Numbered from the stretch's first letter, positions 18,511 to 34,116 are shown. The stretch: 64,000 nt of DNA from Escherichia coli 042 (GCF_000027125.1 NC_017626.1); one strand, 5' to 3'. Translations and numbers: made by a program. Notes: generated by a model not told the origin, from the letters alone.

Positions 18511-19695
18511 ATGGAACAGACCTGGCGCTGGTACGGCCCAAACGATCCGGTTTCTTTAGCTGATGTCCGTCAGGCGGGCGCAACTGGCGTGGTTACCGCG
18601 CTGCACCATATCCCGAACGGCGAAGTATGGTCCGTTGAAGAGATCCTCAAACGCAAGGCGATCGTTGAAGACGCAGGCCTGGTATGGTCTGTCGTAGAAA
18701 GCGTGCCAATTCACGAAGATATCAAAACCCACACTGGCAACTATGAGCAGTGGATCGCTAACTATCAGCAGACTCTGCGCAACCTGGCGCAGTGCGGCAT
18801 TCGCACCGTGTGCTACAACTTCATGCCGGTGCTCGACTGGACCCGTACTGACCTCGAATACGTGCTGCCAGACGGCTCCAAAGCTCTGCGCTTTGACCAG
18901 ATCGAATTCGCTGCATTCGAAATGCATATCCTGAAACGTCCAGGCGCGGAAGCGGATTACACCGAAGAAGAAATTGCTCAGGCAGCTGTTCGCTTCGCCA
19001 CTATGAGCGACGAAGACAAAGCGCGTCTGACCCGTAACATCATTGCTGGTCTTCCGGGCGCGGAAGAAGGGTACACCCTCGACCAGTTCCGTAAGCACCT
19101 GGAGCTATATAAAGATATCGACAAAGCCAAACTGCGCGAAAACTTTGCCGTCTTCCTGAAAGCGATTATTCCGGTTGCCGAAGAAGTTGGCGTCCGTATG
19201 GCTGTTCACCCGGACGATCCGCCGCGCCCGATCCTCGGCCTGCCGCGCATTGTTTCCACCATTGAAGATATGCAGTGGATGGTTGATACCGTAAACAGCA
19301 TGGCGAACGGTTTCACCATGTGCACCGGTTCCTACGGCGTGCGTGCTGACAACGATCTGGTTGATATGATCAAGCAGTTCGGTCCGCGTATTTACTTCAC
19401 CCATCTGCGCTCCACCATGCGTGAAGATAACCCGAAAACCTTCCACGAAGCGGCGCACCTGAACGGTGACGTTGATATGTACGAAGTGGTGAAAGCGATT
19501 GTTGAAGAGGAACACCGTCGTAAAGCGGAAGGCAAAGAAGACCTGATCCCGATGCGTCCGGACCACGGTCATCAGATGCTGGACGACCTGAAGAAGAAAA
19601 CTAACCCAGGTTACTCCGCAATTGGTCGTCTGAAAGGCCTGGCCGAAGTTCGCGGTGTCGAACTGGCGATCCAGCGCGCTTTCTTTAGCCGTTAA
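18511..19695 (+). CDS. uxuA: D-mannonate dehydratase
   Basis: translation [32 protein letters not shown]...; 394 aa. Confidence 0.95.
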
Positions 19696-19775
19696 TATCC
19701 ACCGGCATGGCTGCGCGCCGTGCCGGTTCCTTCTTCCTTGCCGTCACTCTCTGAAGACGGATTCTGGAGTTTACG

Positions 19776-21236
19776 ATGACTACTATTGTTGACAGCAATC
19801 TGCCGGTTGCCCGCCCGTCATGGGTGCATTCTCGTCTGGAATCACGCATTGTGCATCTCGGTTGCGGGGCGTTTCACCGCGCGCACCAGGCGCTGTATAC
19901 CCATCATCTGCTGGAAAGTACCGACAGCGACTGGGGTATCTGCGAAGTTAACCTGATGCCAGGTAACGACCGTGTGCTGATTGAAAACCTGAAAAAACAG
20001 CAACTGCTGTACACCGTGGCGGAAAAAGGCGCGGAAAGCACCGAACTGAAAATTATCGGTTCGATGAAAGAAGCGCTGCATCCGGAAATCGACGGCTGCG
20101 AAGGTATTCTCAACGCGATGGCGCGTCCGCAGACGGCGATTGTCTCTCTGACGGTCACGGAAAAAGGCTACTGCGCTGATGCGGCAAGCGGTCAGTTGGA
20201 TCTCAATAACCCGCTGATCAAGCACGATCTGGAAAACCCGACTGCGCCGAAGTCTGCGATTGGTTACATCGTCGAAGCCCTGCGTCTGCGTCGTGAAAAA
20301 GGGCTGAAAGCGTTTACGGTGATGTCCTGCGATAACGTGCGTGAAAACGGTCATGTGGCGAAGGTCGCGGTACTGGGGCTGGCTCAGGCGCGTGACCCGC
20401 AGCTGGCGGCATGGATTGAAGAGAACGTCACCTTCCCGTGCACCATGGTTGACCGCATCGTTCCGGCGGCGACGCCAGAAACCTTACAGGAAATTGCTGA
20501 CCAGCTGGGTGTTTATGACCCGTGCGCCATTGCCTGCGAACCGTTCCGTCAGTGGGTGATTGAAGATAACTTCGTTAATGGTCGTCCGGACTGGGATAAA
20601 GTGGGCGCACAGTTCGTTGCAGACGTTGTGCCGTTCGAAATGATGAAGCTGCGTATGCTGAACGGCAGCCACTCTTTCCTGGCATACCTCGGTTACCTCG
20701 GCGGCTATGAAACTATTGCCGACACCATGACTAACCCGGATTATCGCAAAGCGGCCTTTGCCCTGATGATGCAGGAACAAGCGCCAACGCTGTCGATGCC
20801 GGAAGGTACGGACCTGAACGCCTATGCGACGCTGCTGATCGAGCGTTTCAGCAACCCGTCTCTGCGTCACCGTACCTGGCAGATTGCGATGGACGGCAGC
20901 CAGAAGTTACCGCAGCGTCTGCTGGATCCGGTGCGTCTGCACCTGCAAAACGGCGGCAGCTGGCGTCACCTGGCGCTGGGCGTGGCTGGCTGGATGCGTT
21001 ACACCCAGGGCGTGGATGAGCAGGGTAATGCCATTGACGTGGTCGACCCGATGCTGGCCGAGTTCCAGAAGATTAACGCGCAGTATCAGGGCGCAGACCG
21101 CGTGAAAGCGCTGCTGGGCCTGAGCGGTATTTTTGCCGATGATCTGCCGCAGAATGCCGACTTTGTTGGCGCGGTGACGGCGGCATATCAGCAGCTGTGC
21201 GAACGCGGTGCGCGCGAGTGTGTGGCTGCGCTGTAA
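19776..21236 (+). CDS. uxuB: D-mannonate oxidoreductase
   Basis: 486 aa, MTTIVDSNLPVARPSWVHSRLESRIVHLGCGAFHRAHQALY... Confidence 0.95.
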   Translation: MTTIVDSNLPVARPSWVHSRLESRIVHLGCGAFHRAHQALYTHHLLESTDSDWGICEVNLMPGNDRVLIENLKKQQLLYTVAEKGAESTELKIIGSMKEALHPEIDGCEGILNAMARPQTAIVSLTVTEKGYCADAASGQLDLNNPLIKHDLENPTAPKSAIGYIVEALRLRREKGLKAFTVMSCDNVRENGHVAKVAVLGLAQARDPQLAAWIEENVTFPCTMVDRIVPAATPETLQEIADQLGVYDPCAIACEPFRQWVIEDNFVNGRPDWDKVGAQFVADVVPFEMMKLRMLNGSHSFLAYLGYLGGYETIADTMTNPDYRKAAFALMMQEQAPTLSMPEGTDLNAYATLLIERFSNPSLRHRTWQIAMDGSQKLPQRLLDPVRLHLQNGGSWRHLALGVAGWMRYTQGVDEQGNAIDVVDPMLAEFQKINAQYQGADRVKALLGLSGIFADDLPQNADFVGAVTAAYQQLCERGARECVAAL

Positions 21237-21260
21237 CTAACTGATTACCCTACAGACTTA

Positions 21261-21305
21261 CTGGTCAATCAAACTGATATTTGGTTGACCAGTTTTCGTT
21301 TTTTT
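21261..21305 (+). terminator. rho-independent terminator downstream of uxuB
   Basis: ctggtcaa...ttgaccag hairpin followed by ttttcgttttttt. Confidence 0.65.
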
Positions 21306-21374
21306 GCCCACCTGTACGTGCCAACTTCCAGTGCTAATGGTATAGTTTGAGATTAACGGGTGCCGTAAAATTGC

Positions 21375-21418
21375 CCGTTGTAGGCCGGATAAGGCGTTCA
21401 CGCCGCATCCGGCAAAAA
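21375..21418. repeat. REP element
   Basis: gttgtaggccggataaggcgttcacgccgcatccggca. Confidence 0.5.
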
Positions 21419-21450
21419 TTTGATTAACCGCACCTAACGGACACAACACC

Positions 21451-22224
21451 ATGAAATCTGCCACCTCTGCGCAAAGACCTTACCAGGAAGTCGGGGCGAT
21501 GATCCGCGATCTGATCATAAAGACGCCGTACAATCCTGGCGAACGGTTGCCGCCGGAGCGTGAAATTGCAGAAATGCTTGATGTCACGCGGACGGTGGTA
21601 CGTGAAGCGCTGATCATGCTGGAGATCAAAGGGCTGGTGGAAGTGCGCCGGGGTGCCGGTATCTATGTTCTTGATAGCTCAGGCAGCCACAACACAGACA
21701 GTCCGGATGCCAACGTTTGCAATGATGCGGGTCCTTTTGAGCTGTTGCAGGCGCGACAGCTTCTTGAGAGCAACATCGCCGAGTTTGCCGCCCTGCAGGC
21801 TACCCGCGAAGATATCGTCAAAATGCGTCAGGCATTGCAACTGGAAGAGCGTGAACTGGCTTCCAGTGCGCCGGGCAGCAGCGAAAGCGGTGACATGCAG
21901 TTCCATCTCGCTATTGCCGAAGCAACGCATAACAGCATGCTGGTGGAGCTGTTCCGTCAGTCCTGGCAGTGGCGGGAAAACAATCCAATGTGGATCCAGT
22001 TGCACAGCCATCTGGATGACAGCCTGTATCGCAAAGAGTGGTTGGGCGATCACAAACAGATCCTCGCCGCGTTAATCAAAAAAGATGCCCGAGCGGCGAA
22101 GCTGGCAATGTGGCAGCATCTGGAAAACGTTAAGCAACGTCTGCTGGAATTCTCGAACGTTGACGATATTTATTTTGATGGCTATCTGTTTGATTCATGG
22201 CCGCTGGATAAAGTCGACGCCTGA
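21451..22224 (+). CDS. uxuR: GntR-family repressor of hexuronate genes
   Basis: 257 aa; N-terminal HTH then FadR-like C-domain; K-12 order. Confidence 0.93.
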   Translation: MKSATSAQRPYQEVGAMIRDLIIKTPYNPGERLPPEREIAEMLDVTRTVVREALIMLEIKGLVEVRRGAGIYVLDSSGSHNTDSPDANVCNDAGPFELLQARQLLESNIAEFAALQATREDIVKMRQALQLEERELASSAPGSSESGDMQFHLAIAEATHNSMLVELFRQSWQWRENNPMWIQLHSHLDDSLYRKEWLGDHKQILAALIKKDARAAKLAMWQHLENVKQRLLEFSNVDDIYFDGYLFDSWPLDKVDA

Positions 22225-22461
22225 CTTATTATAATAAGCGCAAGGGTAAACGTTCCTTGCGCTTTCTTAAATTAAGAAGTCGCAATGAGTATTACTTTGT
22301 AAATTGCAGGGGATTGTTTAGCTATCTGTATAACCTGAATGTTAGTACTCATTCTTCCTGGTAGTTATTTACCAATATAATTCCATTCACCATTTTTTAA
22401 TTCAAACAGTTCTGGAAGAGATGACGGTTGCAGAGTCATACGTTTGAGTGGTGCATTTTCA

Positions 22462-23040
22462 TCACCCGGGATAGGCTTCTATACCAATTATTGGGTCATT
22501 ACCCAACTCAATATTAGCATTAAGTAATGCGGCAAGGGCGAATCCGGAAGAATTTGCTACCCCTGTTACCGTCATTATCTGATCAATATAGATATCAATC
22601 CTTGGCTGCTCATTGGTCCATCTTTTTGCCTGAGAAGCTGGAAGGGTTGAAATATATCCTATCGTGGTTCCGGCATAACCAGGAACATTGCAACCAGGGC
22701 CTAATGTTATTTCATGAACTGTATAGTCCTCAACAGGATCGAAAGGGCCTTTCATAAATAAATTTAGCCGTAATCCTTTTGCTAACTCTGTGGCAGCATG
22801 CGCCTTTTTACATATACCACCATATATTTCGTCTAAAGCTGAGGTGATTTTCAAGTTTCGATAGAGCATACGTCCTGTTGTTGTAATACCATTGAATTCT
22901 CTGCATGTTTCTGTCACATAATTAAATGGCCAGGACTCTTTACTAATATCAAGTTTTCTAATTTCGACAACGCTTTTTCCATCGTAATTATGGTTATTGC
23001 CACGAGCAAGAGGCGGAAGATAGATATTTTCCGTATCCAT
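22462..23040 (-). CDS. yjiC: uncharacterised protein at the K-12 yjiC position
   Basis: 192-aa ORF; position between uxuR and iraD; length not verified against K-12. Confidence 0.55.
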   Translation of the reverse strand: MDTENIYLPPLARGNNHNYDGKSVVEIRKLDISKESWPFNYVTETCREFNGITTTGRMLYRNLKITSALDEIYGGICKKAHAATELAKGLRLNLFMKGPFDPVEDYTVHEITLGPGCNVPGYAGTTIGYISTLPASQAKRWTNEQPRIDIYIDQIMTVTGVANSSGFALAALLNANIELGNDPIIGIEAYPG

Positions 23041-23822
23041 GCGTGCACGTTCATGTTTACGTGTTAACTCACTGTCGACTTTTGGATGATGAAGGAAGTG
23101 ATTATCTGTAATAATTTAACTCTGAAGGGCATTGCTTAATGGCATAGACATAATAGTTACCTTTATGAGTATTTCACTGATGCTTAGAAAAATAGATAAA
23201 TTTTTCTGTAGTAAAAAGAGAAGTAAACAAATGACATGCATGTTTCTGTTGTAGTGATATCAACTCTACACAGTGATATTAAATGGTGGGAAACACTCTA
23301 AAGTATCAAAAAACGCTCATTTAAAATTATTTGCATGCAATTTAAAAGCATATCTTATTACTAATTGGAATTTGATGTTGCTATATTGATGTCTATATTA
23401 ATAATGCCTGTGAATGGTATTTTTGATGTATTTGATATGTTATCAATTTATATTATTTACAAACTAATTGTTTTAAATAATACATAGCTGATTATGCGGA
23501 AATAAATAATTTCCCACCGGAATTAAGTAGCGGTGGTGACAAGTATTTTCATCTACGTAACTATTCGGAATATTCAGAATATACTAGCGGTTTTTTTTTG
23601 AGTTTGATGATTTTTATCAAATCATGACTTTTTTCCTGAAAAGTCAGTAGATATTCATAGGCAAGTAAGGTTTTATACTTTGCTGACAGGATTCAGGCCT
23701 GTCTCAGACTGACATGGATGTAATGAACAAAAGGGAATGGCTATGGAAAATGAGCATCAATACAGTGGTGCCCGGTGTTCAGGGCAAGCCGCATATGTTG
23801 CTAAACGTCAGGAGTGCGCAAA

Positions 23823-24215
23823 ATGATGCGCCAATCACTTCAGGCTGTTTTACCTGAAATTTCAGGCAATAAAACGTCACCGCTGCGTAAATCAGTATGC
23901 AGCGATCTCCTCACTCTTTTTAATTCTCCTCATTCGGCATTACCGTCATTACTTGTTTCAGGCATGCCCGAGTGGCAAGTGCATAACCCGAGCGACAAAC
24001 ATCTCCAGAGCTGGTATTGCCGTCAGCTGCGTTCTGCACTGTTATTTCATGAGCCACGGATTGCGGCGTTGCAGGTTAATTTGAAAGAAGCGTACTGCCA
24101 CACTCTGGCGATCAGCCTTGAGATAATGCTGTATCACGACGATGAATCGCTAACGTTTGATCTGGTCTGGGATAATGGCGGTTGGCGCAGTGCGACGCTG
24201 GAGAATGTCAGCTAA
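23823..24215 (+). CDS. iraD: anti-adaptor protein IraD
   Basis: translation [23 protein letters not shown]...; 130 aa. Confidence 0.85.
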   Translation: MMRQSLQAVLPEISGNKTSPLRKSVCSDLLTLFNSPHSALPSLLVSGMPEWQVHNPSDKHLQSWYCRQLRSALLFHEPRIAALQVNLKEAYCHTLAISLEIMLYHDDESLTFDLVWDNGGWRSATLENVS

Positions 24216-25119
24216 GCACAATCTCCAGCTCGCGCAGTTCACGCCAGAAGCGTTCGGCAACTGGATTCATGCGGGTATTCATCCGGTATGCATAGGCCTG
24301 AATCGGGATCACCAGTTCGTCCCGATTCAGTACAACGAGCTGCCCGCTGCGAATTTCTTGTTGGATGGCGTATTCCGGTAGCCAGGCAATCCCACAGCCG
24401 TCGAGGGCAACCTGCTTTAAAAGCTCGCTCATCGAAGAGACAAAAAAGGTGCTGAAACTTAACTCACTGTGGCGCGTCAGGGTGCGATTAATCAATCGCC
24501 CCATGTAGGAGTTGCGGCTGTAATTCAGTAACGGAAAGTGTGGCTGCGCGAGGTTAAAAAGTGCTTCTCCGTGTTCGTCACTGGCGCAAACGGGGAACAA
24601 TTGAGATTCAAATAAGCGAATGTGGTCAAACGGCGCTTCCAGCAAATCTTCGTCGTGAAAGGAAAAAATACAGTCACTTTGCCCTTCACGCAGTTTATCG
24701 ACCGCTTCATCGACATCAATAGCTTCAATTGCCCAGGTAAAGAGCGGCGGCATCTGGCTGATAATGGACGGTAACAGCCCGAGGGAAAGAGAGTGTGCAG
24801 CGGCTATTTTAATTTTGCGTTGCGCGTAATCGCTGCCACCACGGAGTTCTGCAAGGTTGCTCTCTAACTGTTGCAACAGATGGCGGATCTGCGAATGGAA
24901 TATTTTACCTTGTTCCGAGAGTTGCAGCGGCGTCACCTGGCGGTTAAACAATTCAACGCCAATCGCCTGTTCCAGCGCACGGATGCGGCGGCTGAATGCC
25001 GGTTGCGAGACGTTGCGACTGACTGCTGCCTGGGAAAAATTGCGGCATTTTTCCAGGGTCAGAAAATCATAAAGCCATTTAGTTTCAATATTATGCAAAA
25101 CCGCACCACAGTCATCCAT
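24208..25119 (-). CDS. hypT: LysR-type regulator HypT (YjiE)
   Basis: 303 aa; N-terminal LysR HTH ...[23 protein letters not shown]... Confidence 0.9.
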   Translation of the reverse strand: MDDCGAVLHNIETKWLYDFLTLEKCRNFSQAAVSRNVSQPAFSRRIRALEQAIGVELFNRQVTPLQLSEQGKIFHSQIRHLLQQLESNLAELRGGSDYAQRKIKIAAAHSLSLGLLPSIISQMPPLFTWAIEAIDVDEAVDKLREGQSDCIFSFHDEDLLEAPFDHIRLFESQLFPVCASDEHGEALFNLAQPHFPLLNYSRNSYMGRLINRTLTRHSELSFSTFFVSSMSELLKQVALDGCGIAWLPEYAIQQEIRSGQLVVLNRDELVIPIQAYAYRMNTRMNPVAERFWRELRELEIVLS

Positions 25120-25183
25120 TACGTTTTACTCTGTCAGCCGCCCTTGCGGGCATTCTACGTCCATTCGGGCGGCTGACAACCGT

Positions 25184-26356
25184 TTATGCCGTTTCAAACG
25201 TTCCTTTCACGCAGGCTTTGCCGTCTTTGACCATCAGCTTGCCGCGAGCGTATACCTGCTCAATGCGTAATTCTGGCGTCATGACCAGTAAGTCTGCGTC
25301 ATTGCCTGGCAGAATTTCGCCTTTCCCGCTCAGGTTAAGGAAACCGGCTACGCTACTGGTGAGCGGGCGCAGGGCATCGCTGATACTGAAATCATAATCT
25401 TTGACCAGCACCTGCACGGTTTCCAGCAACGTTTCAAAACCGGCAACACCGATATGGGTTAAATTCCCTTCGTCATCGAAGAACGGCTGGCTACCGTTGC
25501 CGTCGGAGCTGAGGGTGACGCGTGCCAGCGGAATACCCGCCTGAACGGCGCGGGCAATACCTTCGGCAGGGGCGACTGGTTCGTCAATGCTGCTGGTGAT
25601 ATCGATGGTGCCGCCTTTGCGCGCGAACTCCAGCGCCTGCTCAAACAACGGAACGTTGCGGTTAACGTGGGTCGGCAGCAACTTGCTAATCGGCACATCG
25701 CAGTTTTCCAGCAGGTCATAGACAGGCTGTAACGCCTTTTTGCTGTCGCCCATGTGGAACACGGTGACGCCAGGTTTACCGCCGAGCAAACCGCCAACGC
25801 GGGATTCCGCCGCCATATTAGCCAGGTGATAAACGTCCGGTGCGGCAGAACGGTGATCAGAGATGGCGCATTTCACGCCAATCACGCGATCGATAATCGC
25901 CACGTCTTTTTCCACGGAACCCGTAATAGTGCGGGAAGGGACATGATAAGCGCCGGTCAGCATCCAGGCGCTGATGCCTTCTTCATTGAGCGCACGGGTC
26001 TTGGCGAGCAGGGATTCCGGGTGGCGAGAGATAGAGTCGGTGCCCAGCAGACCAACCACTGACGTGACGCCTGCTTCCGTCAGACGACTTAACGCCACTT
26101 CCGGCGTGCGCGTCGTGGGACCTGCTTCGCCGCCACCGCCAATCAAATGGACGTGTTGATCAATAAAACCTGGGCAGAGGATCTGCCCGCTGAGATCGAC
26201 AACCGTGCAGTCCGGTACAATGTCAGAAGGGATATTACTGGCAACGGCGATAATTTTGCCGTTAGCGACGAGGACATCGCAAATTCCCCGATCTTCCGGC
26301 GCATACAAATGCGCTCCCTGCAGCAGGGTAAAACCGGCTGCGGTATAATCAATCAT
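25184..26356 (-). CDS. iadA: isoaspartyl dipeptidase
   Basis: 390 aa; metal-dependent amidohydrolase motifs (FIDQHVHLIGGGGEAG). Confidence 0.93.
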   Translation of the reverse strand: MIDYTAAGFTLLQGAHLYAPEDRGICDVLVANGKIIAVASNIPSDIVPDCTVVDLSGQILCPGFIDQHVHLIGGGGEAGPTTRTPEVALSRLTEAGVTSVVGLLGTDSISRHPESLLAKTRALNEEGISAWMLTGAYHVPSRTITGSVEKDVAIIDRVIGVKCAISDHRSAAPDVYHLANMAAESRVGGLLGGKPGVTVFHMGDSKKALQPVYDLLENCDVPISKLLPTHVNRNVPLFEQALEFARKGGTIDITSSIDEPVAPAEGIARAVQAGIPLARVTLSSDGNGSQPFFDDEGNLTHIGVAGFETLLETVQVLVKDYDFSISDALRPLTSSVAGFLNLSGKGEILPGNDADLLVMTPELRIEQVYARGKLMVKDGKACVKGTFETA

Positions 26357-26368
26357 GGTAACTCCTTG

Positions 26369-26830
26369 TTAAACAATAAGCTGCATAACCCAGATCGACA
26401 GCAATGCGTTAATCACGCAGACCGTAATGATATGCGGGTAATATTTGGCATTCACTTCGGCTGTCCCCAGGCAGCGACCGACATTTTGCACCGGGTTGCC
26501 CATTAAATACATCGCGGGCAGTAAAACGGTGACATCGTGACCGGTTAATGCGCCAGCGGTTGCCAGACTGGCGGCAACACCGACTGCGCCACCCATACTC
26601 ATTAATGCGGCTAAAAGGACGGTTGCCGCTTCACCGGGTAATCCCCACAGCGCCATTACGGGTTCACAGATATGCCCCACCCAGTCGAGCAGGCCGGTAA
26701 TTTTCAGCGCCTGAATGATGACAAACGCCATCACCACGTTTGGCAGCAGGTTGGTCGTGGCGATAGTAAAGCCACGGCGCGCACCATCGATAAACATATC
26801 CATGATGTTTTTGCGGACCTGAGTTGTCAT
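26369..26830 (-). CDS. yjiG: inner membrane protein YjiG
   Basis: 153 aa; K-12 order. Confidence 0.88.
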   Translation of the reverse strand: MTTQVRKNIMDMFIDGARRGFTIATTNLLPNVVMAFVIIQALKITGLLDWVGHICEPVMALWGLPGEAATVLLAALMSMGGAVGVAASLATAGALTGHDVTVLLPAMYLMGNPVQNVGRCLGTAEVNAKYYPHIITVCVINALLSIWVMQLIV

Positions 26831-27510
26831 GCTTGCGCTCCTTGCGTTGGGTTGCGACGTTCTTCGAAGTTAAGCCAGACGCGCAAAATGTTGGCTCCGA
26901 CAAATTTAAACACCAGGATGACTGCTAAAGGTACGATTACGGACGTGCCCAGAAAGGCAAACACCGCGACGCCGGAAGAGAAGTAGTTGGTGATAATGGC
27001 GCTACCGCTGGTTTGATATGCGGCGAAAATCACTTTATCGCGTTCGGTAATTTCACCTTCCTGCGCCAGCTCTTTGGTCATACCTGCGGCGGCATCGGTG
27101 TTTTGCAGGTTAGCGATCAGCGCCAGCGAGCAGATCCCTGGAATGCCCAACAACGGTTTTAGCACTGGCGTCATTAACTGCTGCGCGGCGCGTAATCCGC
27201 CAAGACCATCGGTAATTGAAATAATCCCCAGAGAGAGAATGACTGACGGTGCCAGCTCCAGCGCAAAGAGAAAGCCATCTTTAGCCCCCGCGCCACCCGC
27301 GCCGCGAAACGAGGTGGTGGCTCCGTTCGCACCAGGCAGTTGCCCAAACGATCCGTTCAGAACGGAAAAATCAAAAACGCGCCACCAACTGTCTGTCCCG
27401 GAAAAAACACCGGAAAAAAAGATTATGGTGAGAAAAAAAGCCAGATACCCTTTAATGCCCACTTTTTCTGTCGCCAGCTCCCCGGCTACAGCATCCCCTT
27501 GTTGTGTCAT
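26827..27510 (-). CDS. yjiH: inner membrane protein YjiH
   Basis: 227 aa from internal ATG; overlaps yjiG start by 4 bp. Confidence 0.88.
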   Translation of the reverse strand: MTQQGDAVAGELATEKVGIKGYLAFFLTIIFFSGVFSGTDSWWRVFDFSVLNGSFGQLPGANGATTSFRGAGGAGAKDGFLFALELAPSVILSLGIISITDGLGGLRAAQQLMTPVLKPLLGIPGICSLALIANLQNTDAAAGMTKELAQEGEITERDKVIFAAYQTSGSAIITNYFSSGVAVFAFLGTSVIVPLAVILVFKFVGANILRVWLNFEERRNPTQGAQA

Positions 27511-27759
27511 AACAATCCCCATTGTTTTTTTGTGTTTGTGTGTTGCTTGAGCCAGGAAAATTCCTGGAGCTGAAAAACCTTATCAGCGATGTGGGTATGG
27601 GGAAAATGCAAGTATGTTTCTGACTATGCGTTTTTTGCATAGCGGTAAAATTACGCTGTGTGGAAAAGGTTCTACGCAGGATTGAGTTGCAGAAAATTCA
27701 TAAACCCAGTGACAATGACATAGTAAATAAAAAACAGATAATCCAGGGACGAAAACGCG

Positions 27760-28314
27760 ATGGCAAAGTACAACGAAAAAGAGCTGGCGGATACGAGCAA
27801 GTTTTTAAGTTTTGTCCTCCGACACAAACCGGAGGCGATTGGTATCGTACTGGACCGTGAAGGATGGGCGGATATCGATAAGCTCATACTTTGTGCCCAA
27901 AAAGCGGGCAAGCGGTTAACCCGTGCATTGCTGGATACCGTGGTTGCCACCAGCGATAAAAAGCGTTTTAGTTATTCCAGTGATGGTAGGTGCATCCGCG
28001 CGGTTCAGGGGCATTCGACTTCGCAGGTCGCTATTTCCTTTGCCGAAAAAACACCGCCACAGTTTCTCTACCACGGTACGGCAAGCCGTTTCCTTGACGA
28101 GATAAAAAAACAGGGGCTGATTGCAGGTGAGCGTCACTACGTACATCTCTCTGCTGATGAAGCAACGGCACGCAAAGTGGGAGCAAGACACGGATCGCCG
28201 GTTATTTTAACCGTCAAAGCACAGGAAATGGCGAAACGAGGCCTCCCTTTCTGGCAAGCGGAAAACGGGGTCTGGCTGACATCAACGGTTGCGGTCGAAT
28301 TTCTTGAGTGGTAA
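27760..28314 (+). CDS. kptA: RNA 2'-phosphotransferase
   Basis: 184 aa, [29 protein letters not shown]... Confidence 0.92.
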   Translation: MAKYNEKELADTSKFLSFVLRHKPEAIGIVLDREGWADIDKLILCAQKAGKRLTRALLDTVVATSDKKRFSYSSDGRCIRAVQGHSTSQVAISFAEKTPPQFLYHGTASRFLDEIKKQGLIAGERHYVHLSADEATARKVGARHGSPVILTVKAQEMAKRGLPFWQAENGVWLTSTVAVEFLEW

Positions 28315-28326
28315 GGGAAACACTCC

Positions 28327-29505
28327 TCATGAAGTGACCACTTGCAGCTTAAATAATTGTACTGTGCTGATAAGCGCAGCAATAAACAACGCCGCCGCGC
28401 CGCAGAGAGTGGCGCCGGCAAGCGCCGATGTTCCATTGCCGAGCATACTGGTCAGCGCCGGGCCGAGGATTTGTCCAATGCCGTAAATGAGCGTCACAAA
28501 GCCTAAAAGATTGAGATTTCCCGGTACGCTCAGTTGGCGGGCGATAGTCATCACCAGAGATGTCGTGCCCATAAAGGTACCGCCAAAACCAAGACTGCTG
28601 ATGATAAGCAAGAGAGGCGAGTCGCTGGCGAGAGTAAGCAGCACACAGATAGCCTGCACCAGCAAATTCGCCGTCAGGCAGGGCAAAGCCCACCAACGTT
28701 TTGCTGCCCATAGCCAGCCAAAGCAACCAGGCACAATTGATAAGCCGACTAACGTCCAGAGATGGGCGGTTAACAATGGTGAGCCTGCATCTTTCGCCAT
28801 GAGCGGCAGGTAAGTCGCGACGATGATATAACCAAATCCCGCCAGGCCGTACAGAATAGCCAGTAACCACCAGCTCATTATCTGTTGCTCCGTTTTTGCC
28901 AATGGCATTGGTGTGATGGCGTGTTTTTTCGAGGGCATTAAAAGCGTAAGTGCAATCAGCATCATGCCAGAAAGCGCCCCGGCGCCTTGCCATAACGTTT
29001 GCGAGGAGAGGTCAAAATGCAGGCCTGCCAGAACATATTCATTGCCCAGTGCGATGCCAATGCCAACGCCAGAAAACAAAGCTGCCAGCACAAAAGGATG
29101 GCGCGTGTGCTGCATAATCAGCGTCGAACCAAAAATCAGCATACCGGCGCTGGCGACACCCGCCAGGACGCGAATCAATAACACCAGAATAAATGGCAGC
29201 AACCATGCCATTGCGAGGATCAACAACCCGCTCGCCAGGGCAGAAGCCAACAGAAATGGGCGCAGGCGCGATGGCTGGTGAAATGCGCCAAACGAAAATA
29301 GCAGACTGCCAGCCAGATACCCCGCATAGTTGCCGCTGGCAATCCACGAGAGCTGGCTAAATGAAAACGATCCTTCCGCCATCATGACGGGCAACATAGG
29401 CGTATAAAGGAAGCGGCCTAAACCCATACCTAAGGTCAGAACCAGCATCCCGAAAAGCGCGGTGCTGAAAGAAAAGCGTTCTACGGGATGCGAGGGCGAA
29501 GGCAT
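28327..29505 (-). CDS. yjiJ: MFS transporter YjiJ
   Basis: 392 aa polytopic membrane protein. Confidence 0.9.
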   Translation of the reverse strand: MPSPSHPVERFSFSTALFGMLVLTLGMGLGRFLYTPMLPVMMAEGSFSFSQLSWIASGNYAGYLAGSLLFSFGAFHQPSRLRPFLLASALASGLLILAMAWLLPFILVLLIRVLAGVASAGMLIFGSTLIMQHTRHPFVLAALFSGVGIGIALGNEYVLAGLHFDLSSQTLWQGAGALSGMMLIALTLLMPSKKHAITPMPLAKTEQQIMSWWLLAILYGLAGFGYIIVATYLPLMAKDAGSPLLTAHLWTLVGLSIVPGCFGWLWAAKRWWALPCLTANLLVQAICVLLTLASDSPLLLIISSLGFGGTFMGTTSLVMTIARQLSVPGNLNLLGFVTLIYGIGQILGPALTSMLGNGTSALAGATLCGAAALFIAALISTVQLFKLQVVTS

Positions 29506-29572
29506 GTTTAACCTTGTTTGTCATTTTTGTTGTTAACAAGTTAATAACAAAAAGGTGAAACATGCCAGCCTG

Positions 29573-30580
<1,008 letters not shown>

Positions 30581-30751
30581 TCACCCATTGAATTTCCTCG
30601 CCAGGCGGACAGGTCAGCCAAATGCATAACCCGCAGCCGCCGCGTAAATCACGGGGAATATCGCTGACGCGAAAAGTCATGCCCGCTGCCTGCAACGCCT
30701 TGCGGGTTTGTATGACGCCGACCGTGGAGTGAAATAAAAACAGATACTCTT

Positions 30752-32680
<1,929 letters not shown>

Positions 32681-32795
32681 GATTTTCCTTCCCCGTACCA
32701 CGGGAGATAATGAAAAGAGGCCACATTATTACCATTCTTTTAGTGTGGTTTATTTGATCTCTCTCGCGGTTAGCCACTTAGTTTTTCATGGATTT

Positions 32796-34076
32796 CTATA
32801 AATTGCCGAGGGGGAACAAGGCCGGGAGCTGCGACAGCAAATACAAAATAAGTCCAATACAACCGCCAACCAGCGTACCGTTGACACGGATAAACTGGAG
32901 ATCTTTGCCGATATTTAACTCGATTTGCCGCGACATGTCCCGTGCGTCCCAGCTTTTTACCGTGTCGCTGATATGGCGAGTCAGGAATGCGGAAAACTCA
33001 GGCGCAATGCGGTGTGCGGCTTGTTCCAGATGACCATTTAACGACGCCCGCAAGGCATCATCGGCAATTAACGTTTCGCCAAACCATTGACCAGCCCGCG
33101 CGATACGTTCTTTCACACGAGAATCTTCACTGTTGATATCCGCTTTCAGCCATTCCCGTAAATCCCCCCACAATTCACTGAGATAGCGGTTAAAAGCTTC
33201 ATCTTCTTTCAGATAGCTTTTTACGGCATCGGCTCGCGCCGCCATTTCCGGATCGTTTTTCAGTTTCTCGATCAGGGCGAAGGTAGCGCGATCAAACGCA
33301 TGGCGGATCTGATGCGCACGATCGCGGCTGATATCATCAAGCAAAGAATTCACCGCGTCAGAAACCAACTCCGCGCTATGTTCGCCCAGCCATTCAGTGG
33401 GCAAAATTTTGGCTTTCAGTGGATGCTCGCTCTCCAGCCAGCGAACAATTTGCTGGGCAATAAACTTGCGCGATTTATCGCGCTGGAGAAGGGCGATCAA
33501 CTGTGCGATCAGCGTATCCAGCAGCACCTGATGACGATCGTTTTTAGTCATACTCTCCAGCATCAACGCACTGGTGCCAGAAAGATCGACTTTATCAATC
33601 GCCCGGTGGACCGCGCGCTTAAGCAGGCGCTGAATACGCGCATCATCGGTTAGTTCAAGAAAACCGCTCATGATCTGCAACAGATGCTGACCAACGCGGC
33701 GGGCGTTTTCTGGCTGACTAAACCAGTTGCCAATCAACAACGCCGGTTCGTGACGTCGAATCAATGCCACCAGCGATTGGGTATCGAGAAATTTTTCCTG
33801 CACGAACTGGCCGAGATTTTCGCCAATCCGGTCTTTATTACGCGGAATAATCGCCGTATGACGAGAAATGATCGGAATCGGCACGCGGCGAAACAGCGCC
33901 ACCACCGCAAACCAGTCCGCCAGCGCGCCGACCATCGCCGCTTCAGCAATCGCCTTCACGCCGCTCACCCAAAAATTGGGCGGCAAAAACAGCGTAACGA
34001 CAAAGGTAGCAGCGGCGATAAGCAGTAAAGAGAGCGCCAACATTTTGGCGCGTCTGAGTTCAATGAGTTTATTCAT
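32796..34076 (-). CDS. yjiN: DUF445 inner membrane protein YjiN
   Basis: 426 aa from [19 protein letters not shown]... Confidence 0.9.
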   Translation of the reverse strand: MNKLIELRRAKMLALSLLLIAAATFVVTLFLPPNFWVSGVKAIAEAAMVGALADWFAVVALFRRVPIPIISRHTAIIPRNKDRIGENLGQFVQEKFLDTQSLVALIRRHEPALLIGNWFSQPENARRVGQHLLQIMSGFLELTDDARIQRLLKRAVHRAIDKVDLSGTSALMLESMTKNDRHQVLLDTLIAQLIALLQRDKSRKFIAQQIVRWLESEHPLKAKILPTEWLGEHSAELVSDAVNSLLDDISRDRAHQIRHAFDRATFALIEKLKNDPEMAARADAVKSYLKEDEAFNRYLSELWGDLREWLKADINSEDSRVKERIARAGQWFGETLIADDALRASLNGHLEQAAHRIAPEFSAFLTRHISDTVKSWDARDMSRQIELNIGKDLQFIRVNGTLVGGCIGLILYLLSQLPALFPLGNL

Positions 34077-34116
34077 AATGTTAAGAATAGAGCCTGACGG
34101 CAGGATCGCGCAAAAA

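Noticed and set aside
19842-21105. Several 70-170-aa ORFs on both strands inside uxuB
   Set aside because: All overlap the well-supported uxuB frame; Arg-rich antisense or off-frame artefacts
22462-23040. Possible N-terminal truncation of yjiC (192 aa here versus a longer length I vaguely recall for K-12)
   Set aside because: I cannot verify the K-12 length from memory with enough certainty; an in-frame stop upstream is real, but it may simply be the true start
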